From an uncultured Eubacteriales bacterium (lineage in GTDB: Bacteria > Acidobacteriota > Aminicenantia > Aminicenantales > UBA8522): a DNA stretch of 42,496 bases. The DNA lies in the NCBI GenBank assembly GCA_964576265.1, contig CAZNVB010000202.1:1-42496 (forward strand), given 5' to 3'. The translations under genes were made by a program, and so were the position numbers. The notes beneath the pieces are model-generated. The model was not told the origin of the DNA. It worked only from the letters and a program-made list of their open reading frames with translations, and searched no databases. Of the stretch, positions 9,011-19,082 are shown in pieces (within the stretch, counting starts at the first letter, position 1; each line of letters begins with the position of its first letter).

Positions 9011-11131
9011 ATGAGGAAAAACAAACGGTTCTCTTTTATTCCCGTCTTGGCCGTTCTTCTGATGGCGACAGGATGCCGGAGCCAGCGTCCGGATCTTGTC
9101 TATCCGAACACTCCCAAGGTTGATGTCGTCGACGATTATTTCGGAACAAAGGTCGCCGACCCCTACCGCTGGTTGGAAGACGACAAAGCGGAAAACGTCA
9201 GGCAGTGGGTTGAAGCGCAGAACAAATTGACCTTCGGCTATCTCGCGGCCATCCCTTTTCGGGAAAAAATCCGCCAGCGCCTGACCGAGCTCTACAATTA
9301 TCCCCGCTATTCTTCGCCCGTCCGGGTCGGCGAATATTATTTTTTCTCTAAAAATGACGGCCTGCAAAACCAAAGCGTCATCTATTTCCAAAAAGGCCTC
9401 GACGGCGAGGCGACGGTTTTCCTCGACCCGAACACCCTCTCCCCGGATGGGACGACCCGGGCCTACCTCAGCGGCTTCTCCAATGATGACCGTTATGCTT
9501 GTTATTCCATCTCGGAAGGAGGTTCCGACTGGACTGAAATCCGGGTCATGGAGATCGAAACCAAAAAAGAGCTCGGCGATCGGATCCAATGGACAAAATT
9601 TGGCGGCGCTGCCTGGCAAGGAGACGGATTCTACTACAGCGGTTTCGACAAGCCCGAAGCCGGGCGCGAGCTCACGGCCGCTAATGAGAACCAAAAGATT
9701 TTCTACCATCGTCTCGGCACACCCCAAACCGAAGATCGTCTGATCTACGCCGACCCGGAGCATCCTCGGCGCTATCACCGCGTCGAGGTCACCAAAGACG
9801 AACGCTTTTTGCTCTTGAGCGTCTCTGAAGGGACTCACGGCAACGAGCTCTATTGGAAAGACCTCCAAGCTCCTCAAGCCGATTTCATACCGCTCGTTCG
9901 GGGGTTCGAGCACAACACGGATGTCATCGACAACCTCGAAGACAAGTTCCTGGTGGTCACAGATATCGATGCGCCGAACAAGAAAATTATGCTCGTCGAT
10001 CCGCGCCGCCCGGCTCGGGAGGACTGGCAGCTCATTGTTCCGGAAAGGCAGGAAACCCTGACCCATGCCGCGGTCATCGGCGGAAAGCTGTTCGTCGGCT
10101 ATCTCAAGGACGCCACGACGAGAATTTTCCAGCATGACCTGGCCGGGAACCTGGAGAAAGAAATCCCGCTTCCCGAGCTTGGAAGCGCAAGCTTCGGAGG
10201 GAAAAGAGATGATCCGATCATGTTCTATACGTTCACGACCTTCACCCGCCCGCCGGAAATCTATCGGTACGACATCGCCTCAGGAAGATCGGAAGTTTTT
10301 CGGCGTTCCGAGGTGAATTTTAACCCCGATGATTTCGAGACCCGCCAGGTTTTTTATCCGAGCAAAGACGGAACGAAAATCCCGCTGTTCATCGTCGCCA
10401 AAAAGGGGTTCAAGCGGAATGGAAAGAATCCGGCGTACCTCTACGCCTACGGCGGCTTCAATGCCAGTACGCTGCCCGTGTTTAACGTGGCCAACATCGT
10501 TCTTCTGGAAAACGGAGGAATCTACGCTTCCGCCAATATCAGAGGCGGAGGGGAATACGGCGAGGCCTGGCATCGAGCCGGGATGCTGGATAAGAAACAG
10601 AATGTCTTCGATGATTTCATCGCCGCCGCCGAGTATCTTATCCGGGAAAAGTACACTTCGAGAGACCGGCTGGCCATCGCCGGCGCCTCCAACGGCGGGC
10701 TCCTTGTCGGAGCCTGCATGACCCAGCGGCCCGATCTGTTCAAAGTCGCCTTTCCGGCGGTCGGAGTCATGGACATGCTGCGCTTTCACAAATTCACCGT
10801 CGGCTGGGGATGGACGGTCGAATACGGTTCGAGCGATCATCCCGAGCAATTCAAATACCTGTACGCCTATTCCCCTCTCCATAACATTAAGGAGGGGGTG
10901 AATTATCCGGCGACTCTGGTGACCACAGCCGACCACGACGACCGGGTCGTGCCGGCTCATTCCTACAAATTCATCGCCACCCTGCAGGAAAAGCACCGCG
11001 GCCGGAATCCGGTCCTCATCCGTATCGATACGAGATCCGGACACGGAGCAAGCAGCACGACCAAGGCGATCGACCAACTGGCGGACCGATGGGCGTTTTT
11101 CTTTTATCATGTCGGCCGACAGGTCCGATAA
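9011..11131 (+). CDS. Prolyl oligopeptidase (S9A), lipoprotein
   Basis: Lipobox LMATGC; DPYRWLED, YGGFN, RGGGEYG. Catalytic triad motifs GASNGG, DHDDRV, GHG. RBS GGAGAG before ATG 9011. Confidence 0.95.
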   Translation: MRKNKRFSFIPVLAVLLMATGCRSQRPDLVYPNTPKVDVVDDYFGTKVADPYRWLEDDKAENVRQWVEAQNKLTFGYLAAIPFREKIRQRLTELYNYPRYSSPVRVGEYYFFSKNDGLQNQSVIYFQKGLDGEATVFLDPNTLSPDGTTRAYLSGFSNDDRYACYSISEGGSDWTEIRVMEIETKKELGDRIQWTKFGGAAWQGDGFYYSGFDKPEAGRELTAANENQKIFYHRLGTPQTEDRLIYADPEHPRRYHRVEVTKDERFLLLSVSEGTHGNELYWKDLQAPQADFIPLVRGFEHNTDVIDNLEDKFLVVTDIDAPNKKIMLVDPRRPAREDWQLIVPERQETLTHAAVIGGKLFVGYLKDATTRIFQHDLAGNLEKEIPLPELGSASFGGKRDDPIMFYTFTTFTRPPEIYRYDIASGRSEVFRRSEVNFNPDDFETRQVFYPSKDGTKIPLFIVAKKGFKRNGKNPAYLYAYGGFNASTLPVFNVANIVLLENGGIYASANIRGGGEYGEAWHRAGMLDKKQNVFDDFIAAAEYLIREKYTSRDRLAIAGASNGGLLVGACMTQRPDLFKVAFPAVGVMDMLRFHKFTVGWGWTVEYGSSDHPEQFKYLYAYSPLHNIKEGVNYPATLVTTADHDDRVVPAHSYKFIATLQEKHRGRNPVLIRIDTRSGHGASSTTKAIDQLADRWAFFFYHVGRQVR

Positions 11132-11240
11132 CTCGGGCTTCTCATCTCCCGGAGTCCCGCGAGTCCGCTTCCTGTCGAAAGCGAGCAACTTATCGATTAG
11201 CGAGAACGAGAAACGTGCTTCCTGAGCGTTGGAGAAACAA

Positions 11241-14200
11241 ATGAAGCTTCGATCCTGCCTGACGATTCCTTCCTGCCTCTTGATCCTGACGGGAATCCTT
11301 CCGGCCCAAAACGCCGACTCGCCGCTTGAACGATTTGTCTCTTTCTTCGATTTCGAGGCTGGTTCGGTCGGATCGTGGTCCTCCTATCCGCCGGCCCAGG
11401 ACACCGCCTACGACCCGAGCATCTGGGTAAAGGAAATGCCTGGTCGCCACGGCCGGTGTCTTGTCCGCGAAATACTGCCCAACCGTCCGATCCGCTACAC
11501 CTTTGGGATGCGGAAAAAGCTGGCCGTTCTTGTTGACGCCGAAACCGTCATTTCCTTCTTTTATGCGGTCAAGAATTACGGCCCGACGGAGGGATTGATC
11601 GTCAAGCTCGCTTTTAGCGACGGAACCAGCCGGGAGACAAGACTCCCGCAAGGAATGAATATGGAGTGGCGACAGGCGGAAATCCGACTGGCGGAACTTC
11701 TGGGCGAAAAGGCAATGGCCGGACTCGAGGCCGTCGCCGTCATGGCGGTCTGCCCCAAGGCCGACCCAGAGAGCCCTCTCAAGCTGGCGATCGATGATTT
11801 CAAGATTACAGGTTGGCGGAGGAAAGAATTCGTCTTCCTGGAGCCGGCGACCCACAGGCTGGAGGAGTTCGGCGTTTCTGTGGCCGGCGTCCATTTTGAC
11901 GAGGCGGCCGACCTCCGGCTTCGCGGCGCCTTCCCCGGAGCTGTGGACCGGGCCGAAATCAGCGTCGACAGCGTCATGAGGCCGGGCCGGATGAGACGGT
12001 TCCCCCTGCGAAAAACAGCCGGCCTGTCTTTTGAGGCCGTGATTTCCTGCCGCCATCTCGGTCCCGGGCTCTGGCGGGCGGAAATCAAAGGTCTGCGGAG
12101 AGGAAGAGAATTCTCGGCAGGAACTCTCGTCTTCCTCGTCCGCTCAAAGGAGGCTCCGGACGATCATCCTTTTCTTCTCCTGACCGAGAAAGACAAGCCG
12201 AGGCTCCGACAGCTCGTTCTCCAGGGCCGCAGCCGAGAGATCTGGGAAAAGCTTCAAGATTCGGCCCGGGCCTTTCGCCAAAAATTCGACCCTGAATCCT
12301 TCCACTACAACTTGGACGCCTATGACGAAATATTCTGGCTTCCGACTTACGGCGGTTATTCCAATACGATCCGGACCTTGTCGTCTTTCGCTCGAAACAA
12401 CGCCTTCGTTTATGCGCTCGGCGGAGAAAAAGAAGCGGGAGAAGCCGCCCGACGAGCTCTGCTCAAAATGGCCGCCTGGCCGTCTTTCGTCCATCCGCAC
12501 ATTCTGAATCAGGGGCAATTCACTTATTGGCCCGTCGGGCTGGTTCTGATCGACCTCGCCCTGGCTTATGATATGATTTACGATCTCCTTGGCCCGTCCG
12601 AAAGACAGACGATCGCTTCCGCCCTCTACAAAAAAGGAATCACCGAGGTTTATAAAGAGTATGTCCGGGACAACCGGGTCTCCTCCAACACCTCAAACTG
12701 GATCAGTCATGTCGCAGGAGGCGGAATTCTCTCCGCCCTGGCCGTATCACGCGAATATCCGGACAGAGAGCTCGAACCCTATCTCACCGGCATGATTCTG
12801 AAAACTGCCGACTTCGTCGCCGCAACCTTCGATCGCGACGGCCATTACGGCGAAGGTTACGGCTATCACAATTTCACCATGCAAACCCTGTCTGAAATCA
12901 TGCCCGTCCTGGAGACTCATTTCGGCATCGTCTTCCCCGAAAAGGTCTTCCATTCGTTCCTCTATCTGCCTTATCAGATGAATGCGCCGGCCGGAGAAAT
13001 CTACGATTTCGGCGACACATCGCCCAAGCTCTCCTCAATGAGCAACTTTGCTTATCTTCTGAAAAAAACCCAGGATCCTCTCCTCCGCTGGCTCTACAGT
13101 CTGGCTCCGGGCGACCGAGACGTCGACCTCCTCTTCGACGATGAAAGGACCTCGTCTGAGCCACCTTTATCCCGCTTGCCGCTCGTCAAGTTGTTCCGCG
13201 ATACGGGCACGGTCGTCTTTCGTTCCGGATTCGGTTGGGACGATTTTCTTTTCGTCTTTCGGGCCGGGCCCTTTTATAACCATCAACATTTTGACCAGGG
13301 CACATTCTTTCTCCGGGATAAGGGACAGGACTTCCTTGTCGAGGGCGGAAGAACGGATTATTACAACGACCCCTGGTATCAATCATTTTTCATCCAGCCG
13401 GGCGGTCACAATTGCCTGCTACCCGACGGCGATCCAGAATCCCAAACCGTAGGTGACCTGAAGTTCGATGTCCCGGCCTGGCAGAATTACGCTCGAATCA
13501 CCGATTTCCTCGAATTCCAGGACGGCGCAATCCTTTCGGCCGAACTTGCCCCCATCTACCGGCAAAAATTTCAATCCTTAAGGCGAAATATTCTTTATTT
13601 TGCGCCTCGGACGATCATCCTCTTCGATCTGGCCGAAGGAAGCAGGGATGTCGACGCTCTCCATCTCCGTTTTCATCCTCCGAGGAAAAAGGACATTCAG
13701 TCGAGCCCGCCGATGTCGGAAATCCACCGCGGGGGGCGGACGCTATGGATCAAGAGCCTTTTTCCCGAGAGCATCCGTTCCGAGGTCAAGAAAAGACCGT
13801 TGAGCTTGAGCGAATTCGGAGCGGAAAATCCGATCACCATGTCAGCCCGCGGCTTCCTCGAGCTGGCGGCCGACATCGACCACGGCGGCTGCAGGATCAT
13901 CAACGTTTTAAGTTCAGACGAGGAGACCGTGCGCCGCACTCGGCTGGAGAAAAAAACCGGCTTTTTTGATTTGATGGTCGGAAGCGGCCGCTTTTTGATC
14001 AACCAGGTCCCCGGCTCTGGCTATGAAATCGAGGGAATCGGCACGGATTCTTTGGCCTTTTGCCGCCGCGATGACGGTTTTATCGCCTTTCGCGCTTCGG
14101 AAGTGAGCGAAGATTCGAGGACCCTGTTCAAGGCCGGCATTCCCGTCAGCCTTCGCCTGGAAAAAGAAAAGCGGTCTGTTTCCCTCCATCTTTGGGCCGC

Positions 14201-14348
14201 GAATCCCACCCGGATTCAACTTTTAAGCTCCGCGAGGCCGAAGAGCGTAAGACTCGACGGCCGTCCGATCAAGACATGGGAGTACGCCGCCCCGTTTGTC
14301 GCCCTCGAAATTCCCGCTGAACGATCATGGATTCAGGTCGAATATTGA
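11241..14348 (+). CDS. Heparinase II/III-family polysaccharide lyase-like protein, paralogue 2
   Basis: Signal peptide; HPFLLL, SNWISH, DGHYGEGYGYH, FGD, VVFRSGF, HQHFDQGTF, GHN. RBS GGAG before ATG 11241. Confidence 0.85.
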   Translation: MKLRSCLTIPSCLLILTGILPAQNADSPLERFVSFFDFEAGSVGSWSSYPPAQDTAYDPSIWVKEMPGRHGRCLVREILPNRPIRYTFGMRKKLAVLVDAETVISFFYAVKNYGPTEGLIVKLAFSDGTSRETRLPQGMNMEWRQAEIRLAELLGEKAMAGLEAVAVMAVCPKADPESPLKLAIDDFKITGWRRKEFVFLEPATHRLEEFGVSVAGVHFDEAADLRLRGAFPGAVDRAEISVDSVMRPGRMRRFPLRKTAGLSFEAVISCRHLGPGLWRAEIKGLRRGREFSAGTLVFLVRSKEAPDDHPFLLLTEKDKPRLRQLVLQGRSREIWEKLQDSARAFRQKFDPESFHYNLDAYDEIFWLPTYGGYSNTIRTLSSFARNNAFVYALGGEKEAGEAARRALLKMAAWPSFVHPHILNQGQFTYWPVGLVLIDLALAYDMIYDLLGPSERQTIASALYKKGITEVYKEYVRDNRVSSNTSNWISHVAGGGILSALAVSREYPDRELEPYLTGMILKTADFVAATFDRDGHYGEGYGYHNFTMQTLSEIMPVLETHFGIVFPEKVFHSFLYLPYQMNAPAGEIYDFGDTSPKLSSMSNFAYLLKKTQDPLLRWLYSLAPGDRDVDLLFDDERTSSEPPLSRLPLVKLFRDTGTVVFRSGFGWDDFLFVFRAGPFYNHQHFDQGTFFLRDKGQDFLVEGGRTDYYNDPWYQSFFIQPGGHNCLLPDGDPESQTVGDLKFDVPAWQNYARITDFLEFQDGAILSAELAPIYRQKFQSLRRNILYFAPRTIILFDLAEGSRDVDALHLRFHPPRKKDIQSSPPMSEIHRGGRTLWIKSLFPESIRSEVKKRPLSLSEFGAENPITMSARGFLELAADIDHGGCRIINVLSSDEETVRRTRLEKKTGFFDLMVGSGRFLINQVPGSGYEIEGIGTDSLAFCRRDDGFIAFRASEVSEDSRTLFKAGIPVSLRLEKEKRSVSLHLWAANPTRIQLLSSARPKSVRLDGRPIKTWEYAAPFVALEIPAERSWIQVEY

Positions 14349-14487
14349 TTCCCGGCTTGAAACTCCATAAAATGTCGGCCAAGGCCGAAAATTTGGAAAG
14401 AAAAATCGAATTTCATCGGCCGGACGATAAAGCCGCGGTCAGTTCAAAAAACGACTTCGGCAAGACGGCAAGCGAAAGAGCGTAAGA

Positions 14488-15852
14488 ATGAAGCAGCGAG
14501 GGAATAGAACCGGAACAAATTCCATCAGGCTCGCCCTCTTCTTCCTGATCGTCGCCATTTTGTCCCTGGCGGCGCTGACCGCGATTTTCATCGACACCTA
14601 TTTTTTGGGCAGCCTGCGGACGGTCGGGATCAAAAACGATCCCCGCTGGCGGGTGTTCGATTTTCACAGCCGCCAGGCTTCCGAGAGCGAAATTTACAAC
14701 CCGGCCGAGATCCCTTCGATAAAGAAAGTCGAAGGCATCGGGAAGCGTCGGCTGAGGTTCATCTTCCACCCGCCGTATGACAAGTCGGGTTGGAAAATCC
14801 TCGATGCCCGCAACGGACAGGTCATCCACCATGGGCCTCAGGCTGAAATTCTTTTTCCGGATTTTCCCGACCGTCGGATCTTCCGCCTGATCCCGGAGAA
14901 CATGACTTCCACCAAGGATATTGTCCTGGAGATCGATTTCTATCCCGGAGAAAAATATCGGGAGAAAAATCTCTCCTGGAAGGACAACTACTGGCTGGTG
15001 AATTCCTCCATTCCCTTGACTCCAAAAAGGCCTTTTTCGACCGCCGAATGGGTCGGGTTAAAGGAGAATGATCCCGAGCTTGAGGAAGCGAAGCGGATTC
15101 TCGGCCCGAGAATCGATCCTTCGGCGCCGGCCTTGGCGAGGTCCGAGCAGGTTTTCCTCTTCGTCATGGAAGCTCTGGCAGGTTCAGGAGGGACACCGGA
15201 CGACCGTCTCCAGGCGGCCTCGCCGCTCGAAACATATTACTCTCTCACCCAAGGCGGCAAGGGGTGGTGCGAGAACAGGGCGCTCGTCTATTACCTCTTT
15301 GCCAACGCCGCCGGCATCAAGACCAGGCTGATCGATGTCGCCGGCAAGTTCGGTCCGCTCAAACTGACCGGACACTATTTCTGCGAGAGCTATATTCCGG
15401 AAGTCGGCGGTTGGATCTATGTCGACCCCCAGTTTGGAGCGGCCAGAGCCGTGCACCGGAACGGGAAACCTCTTCAGACACTTGATTTGAAAAAGCTCTT
15501 CGACCTCGGCTCGGAGAAAGACCTGACTTTTCTCCTCTATGACGAGAGCACACGAAGCTTGATTCCCCGGCCGGCGGAAAGAACGAACAGCTATCTTGTC
15601 GGTGACTTGGTGATCGCTTACAAGTTCGGCTACGGGCGAGCCAAAAGCTTCTCCCGGATTAAGAACTTCCTTGGCTATCCGACTCTTCTCTATGCGACGT
15701 TTCCGGTTCCCCCCCTTTTTCGGCTGAAGAATTGTCTCTTGGGAACCTTCGTCGTAAGCGCGCCTCTCACCGTCCTCTTTTGGCTGATTCATCTTTCAAT
15801 CAATCGAGGCCGCAAGTCCTCGAGAACGGCTCGCTTCGCAACCTCGTTCTGA
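14488..15852 (+). CDS. Membrane-anchored transglutaminase-like (Cys-His-Asp) protein
   Basis: GWCENRALVY...AAGIKTRLI, GHYFCE, WIYVDP. Hydrophobic helices near both the N- and C-terminus. Confidence 0.82.
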   Translation: MKQRGNRTGTNSIRLALFFLIVAILSLAALTAIFIDTYFLGSLRTVGIKNDPRWRVFDFHSRQASESEIYNPAEIPSIKKVEGIGKRRLRFIFHPPYDKSGWKILDARNGQVIHHGPQAEILFPDFPDRRIFRLIPENMTSTKDIVLEIDFYPGEKYREKNLSWKDNYWLVNSSIPLTPKRPFSTAEWVGLKENDPELEEAKRILGPRIDPSAPALARSEQVFLFVMEALAGSGGTPDDRLQAASPLETYYSLTQGGKGWCENRALVYYLFANAAGIKTRLIDVAGKFGPLKLTGHYFCESYIPEVGGWIYVDPQFGAARAVHRNGKPLQTLDLKKLFDLGSEKDLTFLLYDESTRSLIPRPAERTNSYLVGDLVIAYKFGYGRAKSFSRIKNFLGYPTLLYATFPVPPLFRLKNCLLGTFVVSAPLTVLFWLIHLSINRGRKSSRTARFATSF

Positions 15853-15882
15853 GCCTGGCGAAGGATTGTTTGGAGGTGAACG

Positions 15883-18800
15883 ATGAGAAACATTTTCGCT
15901 CTGTGGCTCATCAGTCTTCTGCTTGTTCAGACTGTTCGGGCCGACCGCCGAAGGGACGCCTTTAAAATCCTGGAACCTCGGACTTTCCGGGCTGATTTCG
16001 AAACCGGATCGGTCGGTCCTTGGTCTTCCTATCCCCCTGCTCAAGACACGGCTTATGACCCGACGATCTGGGTCAAAAAAATCGAAGGGAACCCGTCTCT
16101 CTGCTTGGTTCGCGAAATAAGCGCCTGGACGCCGAAGGATTATCTTTTCGGCGTTAGAAAAAAGCTCCGCCTCTATCTGACCCGGGAAAGCCTTATTTCT
16201 TTTCGCTTTTACCTTAAAAGCTACGGCGAAGCTGAGGAGGTCATCGTCAAGCTGGGATTCGGCGACGGAAAATCGAGGGAAATTCCCGTTCCGGTGAAAA
16301 AACGGATGTCCTGGCAAGACGTCCAGATCAGGCTTGGACAGGACCCCGATTTGACCGACCCGGTTAGGTTGGATGCCCTGGCCATCATGGCTCTCTGCCG
16401 TCGAGCCGATCCTGAAGCCAAACTCAGGCTGGCTGTCGACGACCTCGTCATTACCGGCTACGAAGAAAAGAAAATCCGGATCCGGAAGCCAAAGGTTCAT
16501 GATCTTGATGAACTCAAATTAGCTGTGGCGGGAGACCATTTTCAGGAGAATCAGAAGCTCGCCGTCGAGATCGACGTTCCCGTGGCATTGAAGTCGGCGG
16601 AGATCAGACTCGAGAAAGACTGGGAAGGATTTACCACGGCTTCCCTCAAGATGAAACGCGAGTCCAAGAATCTCTGGTCGGCCGAGGTTCCCGGGCTCGA
16701 GCCCGGTCTCTGGCGGGCAAACATCATCGGTCGAACGGCCGCCGGCAATTCCCTGGAATCGGCTCTTGTTTTCTTAGTCAGGCCCTTTTCCTCTCCCCCC
16801 GATCATCCTTTCCTTCTTTTCACTGAGAGCGGCCTGACGGGGATAAAAGAGGCTCTCCGAAGCGGGCGGACGACGGCTGTGTGGGAGACGGTCCGTAGCG
16901 AAGCGGCGGCTTTTCGGGAAAAATTCGATCCGCAGGATTTCCGCTATAATCTGGACGCATATGATGAAATCTTCTGGCTTCCGACTTACGAAGGATACGT
17001 GAGAGCGCTCCACACGCCCTCCCGTTTCATCCGGGAGAATGCGATCGTCTACACCGTTTCAGGCGACCGAACGGCCGGAGAGGCCGCCCGCCGGGCTCTT
17101 CTCGCCATTGCTTCCTGGCCGAGCTTTGTCCATCCTCACATCCTCAACCAAGGGCAGTTCACTTACTGGCCCGTGGGCCTGGCGCTCATCGATTTTGCTC
17201 TAGGTTACGATATGGTCTATGACCTTTTCACCCCGGAGGAGCGCAAAACGGTAGCCGACGCCCTGTTCCATAAGGGAGTCACGGAGGTTTTTAAAGAATA
17301 TGTTCGGGACAATCGCGTTTCTTCCAACACCTCGAACTGGATCAGTCACGTGACCGGAGGCGGGATTCTTTGCGCCCTGGCGATCAGCCGGGAATATTCT
17401 CCCGCCGAGCTCGAGCCCTATCTGACAGGGATGATCGTCAAGCTGAAGGAATTTATCGACAGCACGTTCGATCCCGACGGCTATTACGGAGAAGGGTACT
17501 ATTATCATAATTTCGCCATGCAATCGCTTTCTCACAGTCTGCCGGCTCTCCGGAACCACTTCGGCCTCGACTACCCCAAAAAAGTCGCCGACTCTTATCA
17601 ATATATTCTTTATCAGCAGAACAATGAGACCGGCCGGATCTACGAGTTCGGAGACGCTCATGACGACCTGATTCCCTCATCGATGAGCAATTTCGCCTTT
17701 ATCCTCCATTCCGGCGGAAACCCTCACCTGCTCTGGCTCTATCGCCAGAGGCCGGGAAACAATTACCTCGACCTTCTTTTCCCGGCACCGGAGGGAAAAG
17801 GGGCCGCTCCCTCAGACCTTCCTCTCGTCAAGAGGCTGCGCCGTGTCGGCTCGGTCATTTTTCGCTCGGGATTCGGATCCGATGATTTCGTCTTTATCAC
17901 CAAATGCGGTCCGTTTTTCAACCATCAGCACTTCGATCAGGGGTCGTTTTTCTTGGCCGACCGGGGAGAGCTCTTTATCGAGGAATGCGGAAATTCCAAT
18001 TATTACGAAGATCCGTGGTATCCGCGGCTCTACATCCAGGCTGGAGGACACAATACCCTGCTCACCGACTCGGACATCGAGTCGCAGATCGCCGGTGATT
18101 TCTCCCACGATGTTCCCGCTTGGCAGAATTACGCCCGGATAACGGAATTCCTCGATTGGAAGGAAGGGGCCTTCTTGTCTGCCGACCTCGCTCCGGTTTA
18201 CGCCGGAAAATGGAAAAGCCTGAGGCGAGATATCCTCTATCTAAAGCCGCGGACGATCCTTCTCGTCGATCGAGGCGAAGGAGGGTCGGAGGCGACCGGA
18301 TTGAGCCTGCGGATCCATCCTCCACGGCGGGATGACCTTCAGGTCGAGGGAAAAATCGCTAAGATCACCCGAGATGGAAAAGCTCTCTACATCCGGACGC
18401 TTGCACCCGAGGAGTATGAAACCCGGATTCTCAAGCGGCCGATGAGCCTCAATGAATTCAAAGCGGAAAACCCGATCACCATGAAGGCCAGAGGATTTCT
18501 CGAGCTCTCGACCCGTCCGATCGACGGGAAATGCACCTTCATCAATATCTTAGGCACCGAGCCGGAGATGACGGTCGGTCTGAAGGCGACCAAACACACG
18601 GGCTTCCTTGAGATCTCAGCGGATCAGGGCCAATACGCCATCAGCGATCATCCGGGAAGTCTTTATAAGTGCGGCGAATTCGAAACCGATGCTTCCGTAT
18701 TCGGCCGGATCTCCGAAGCTCTCCTCGTCCTTCACGGCACCTCGCTCAGCGTGCAGGGCCGACCGGTTCTCAAGGCCAAAGCGCCGGCGTCTCTTTGTCT

Positions 18801-18990
18801 TGTTCAAACGAGCCGGGAAATCCGCCTCGACTTCTCGTCTTTTTCGGGCACCGAGATCGAACTCCGGACCGGAAAGAAACCCCAATCCCTCCTCTTAGGA
18901 GAAACATCGATCCGCGATTGGAATTATCAAAACGGCCTGGTTGCGGTTCGCCTTCCGGCCGGGGAAGGCTCCCTGAAGATCGTCTTTTAG
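15883..18990 (+). CDS. Heparinase II/III-family polysaccharide lyase-like protein, paralogue 3
   Basis: RBS GGAGGTG; signal peptide ending TVRA. HPFLLF, SNWISH, DGYYGEGYYYH, HQHFDQGSF, GHNTLL. Closest to paralogue 2. Confidence 0.85.
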   Translation: MRNIFALWLISLLLVQTVRADRRRDAFKILEPRTFRADFETGSVGPWSSYPPAQDTAYDPTIWVKKIEGNPSLCLVREISAWTPKDYLFGVRKKLRLYLTRESLISFRFYLKSYGEAEEVIVKLGFGDGKSREIPVPVKKRMSWQDVQIRLGQDPDLTDPVRLDALAIMALCRRADPEAKLRLAVDDLVITGYEEKKIRIRKPKVHDLDELKLAVAGDHFQENQKLAVEIDVPVALKSAEIRLEKDWEGFTTASLKMKRESKNLWSAEVPGLEPGLWRANIIGRTAAGNSLESALVFLVRPFSSPPDHPFLLFTESGLTGIKEALRSGRTTAVWETVRSEAAAFREKFDPQDFRYNLDAYDEIFWLPTYEGYVRALHTPSRFIRENAIVYTVSGDRTAGEAARRALLAIASWPSFVHPHILNQGQFTYWPVGLALIDFALGYDMVYDLFTPEERKTVADALFHKGVTEVFKEYVRDNRVSSNTSNWISHVTGGGILCALAISREYSPAELEPYLTGMIVKLKEFIDSTFDPDGYYGEGYYYHNFAMQSLSHSLPALRNHFGLDYPKKVADSYQYILYQQNNETGRIYEFGDAHDDLIPSSMSNFAFILHSGGNPHLLWLYRQRPGNNYLDLLFPAPEGKGAAPSDLPLVKRLRRVGSVIFRSGFGSDDFVFITKCGPFFNHQHFDQGSFFLADRGELFIEECGNSNYYEDPWYPRLYIQAGGHNTLLTDSDIESQIAGDFSHDVPAWQNYARITEFLDWKEGAFLSADLAPVYAGKWKSLRRDILYLKPRTILLVDRGEGGSEATGLSLRIHPPRRDDLQVEGKIAKITRDGKALYIRTLAPEEYETRILKRPMSLNEFKAENPITMKARGFLELSTRPIDGKCTFINILGTEPEMTVGLKATKHTGFLEISADQGQYAISDHPGSLYKCGEFETDASVFGRISEALLVLHGTSLSVQGRPVLKAKAPASLCLVQTSREIRLDFSSFSGTEIELRTGKKPQSLLLGETSIRDWNYQNGLVAVRLPAGEGSLKIVF

Positions 18991-19082
18991 AGCTCGAATG
19001 CGGCAAAAGTCTTTCTCGACCCGGGAAGAGATAAATTGTTCCATGCCGCACTTTCAAAATCACTCTCCAAGGAGAATCCATC

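Noticed and set aside
14372-14485. 37-codon ORF MSAKAENLERKIEFH... filling the spacer before the transglutaminase-like gene
   Set aside because: No Shine-Dalgarno and no recognisable motif; a length expected by chance.
11241-18990. Paralogues 2 and 3 as an assembly duplication or recent repeat
   Set aside because: Synonymous positions and terminal domains are clearly diverged.
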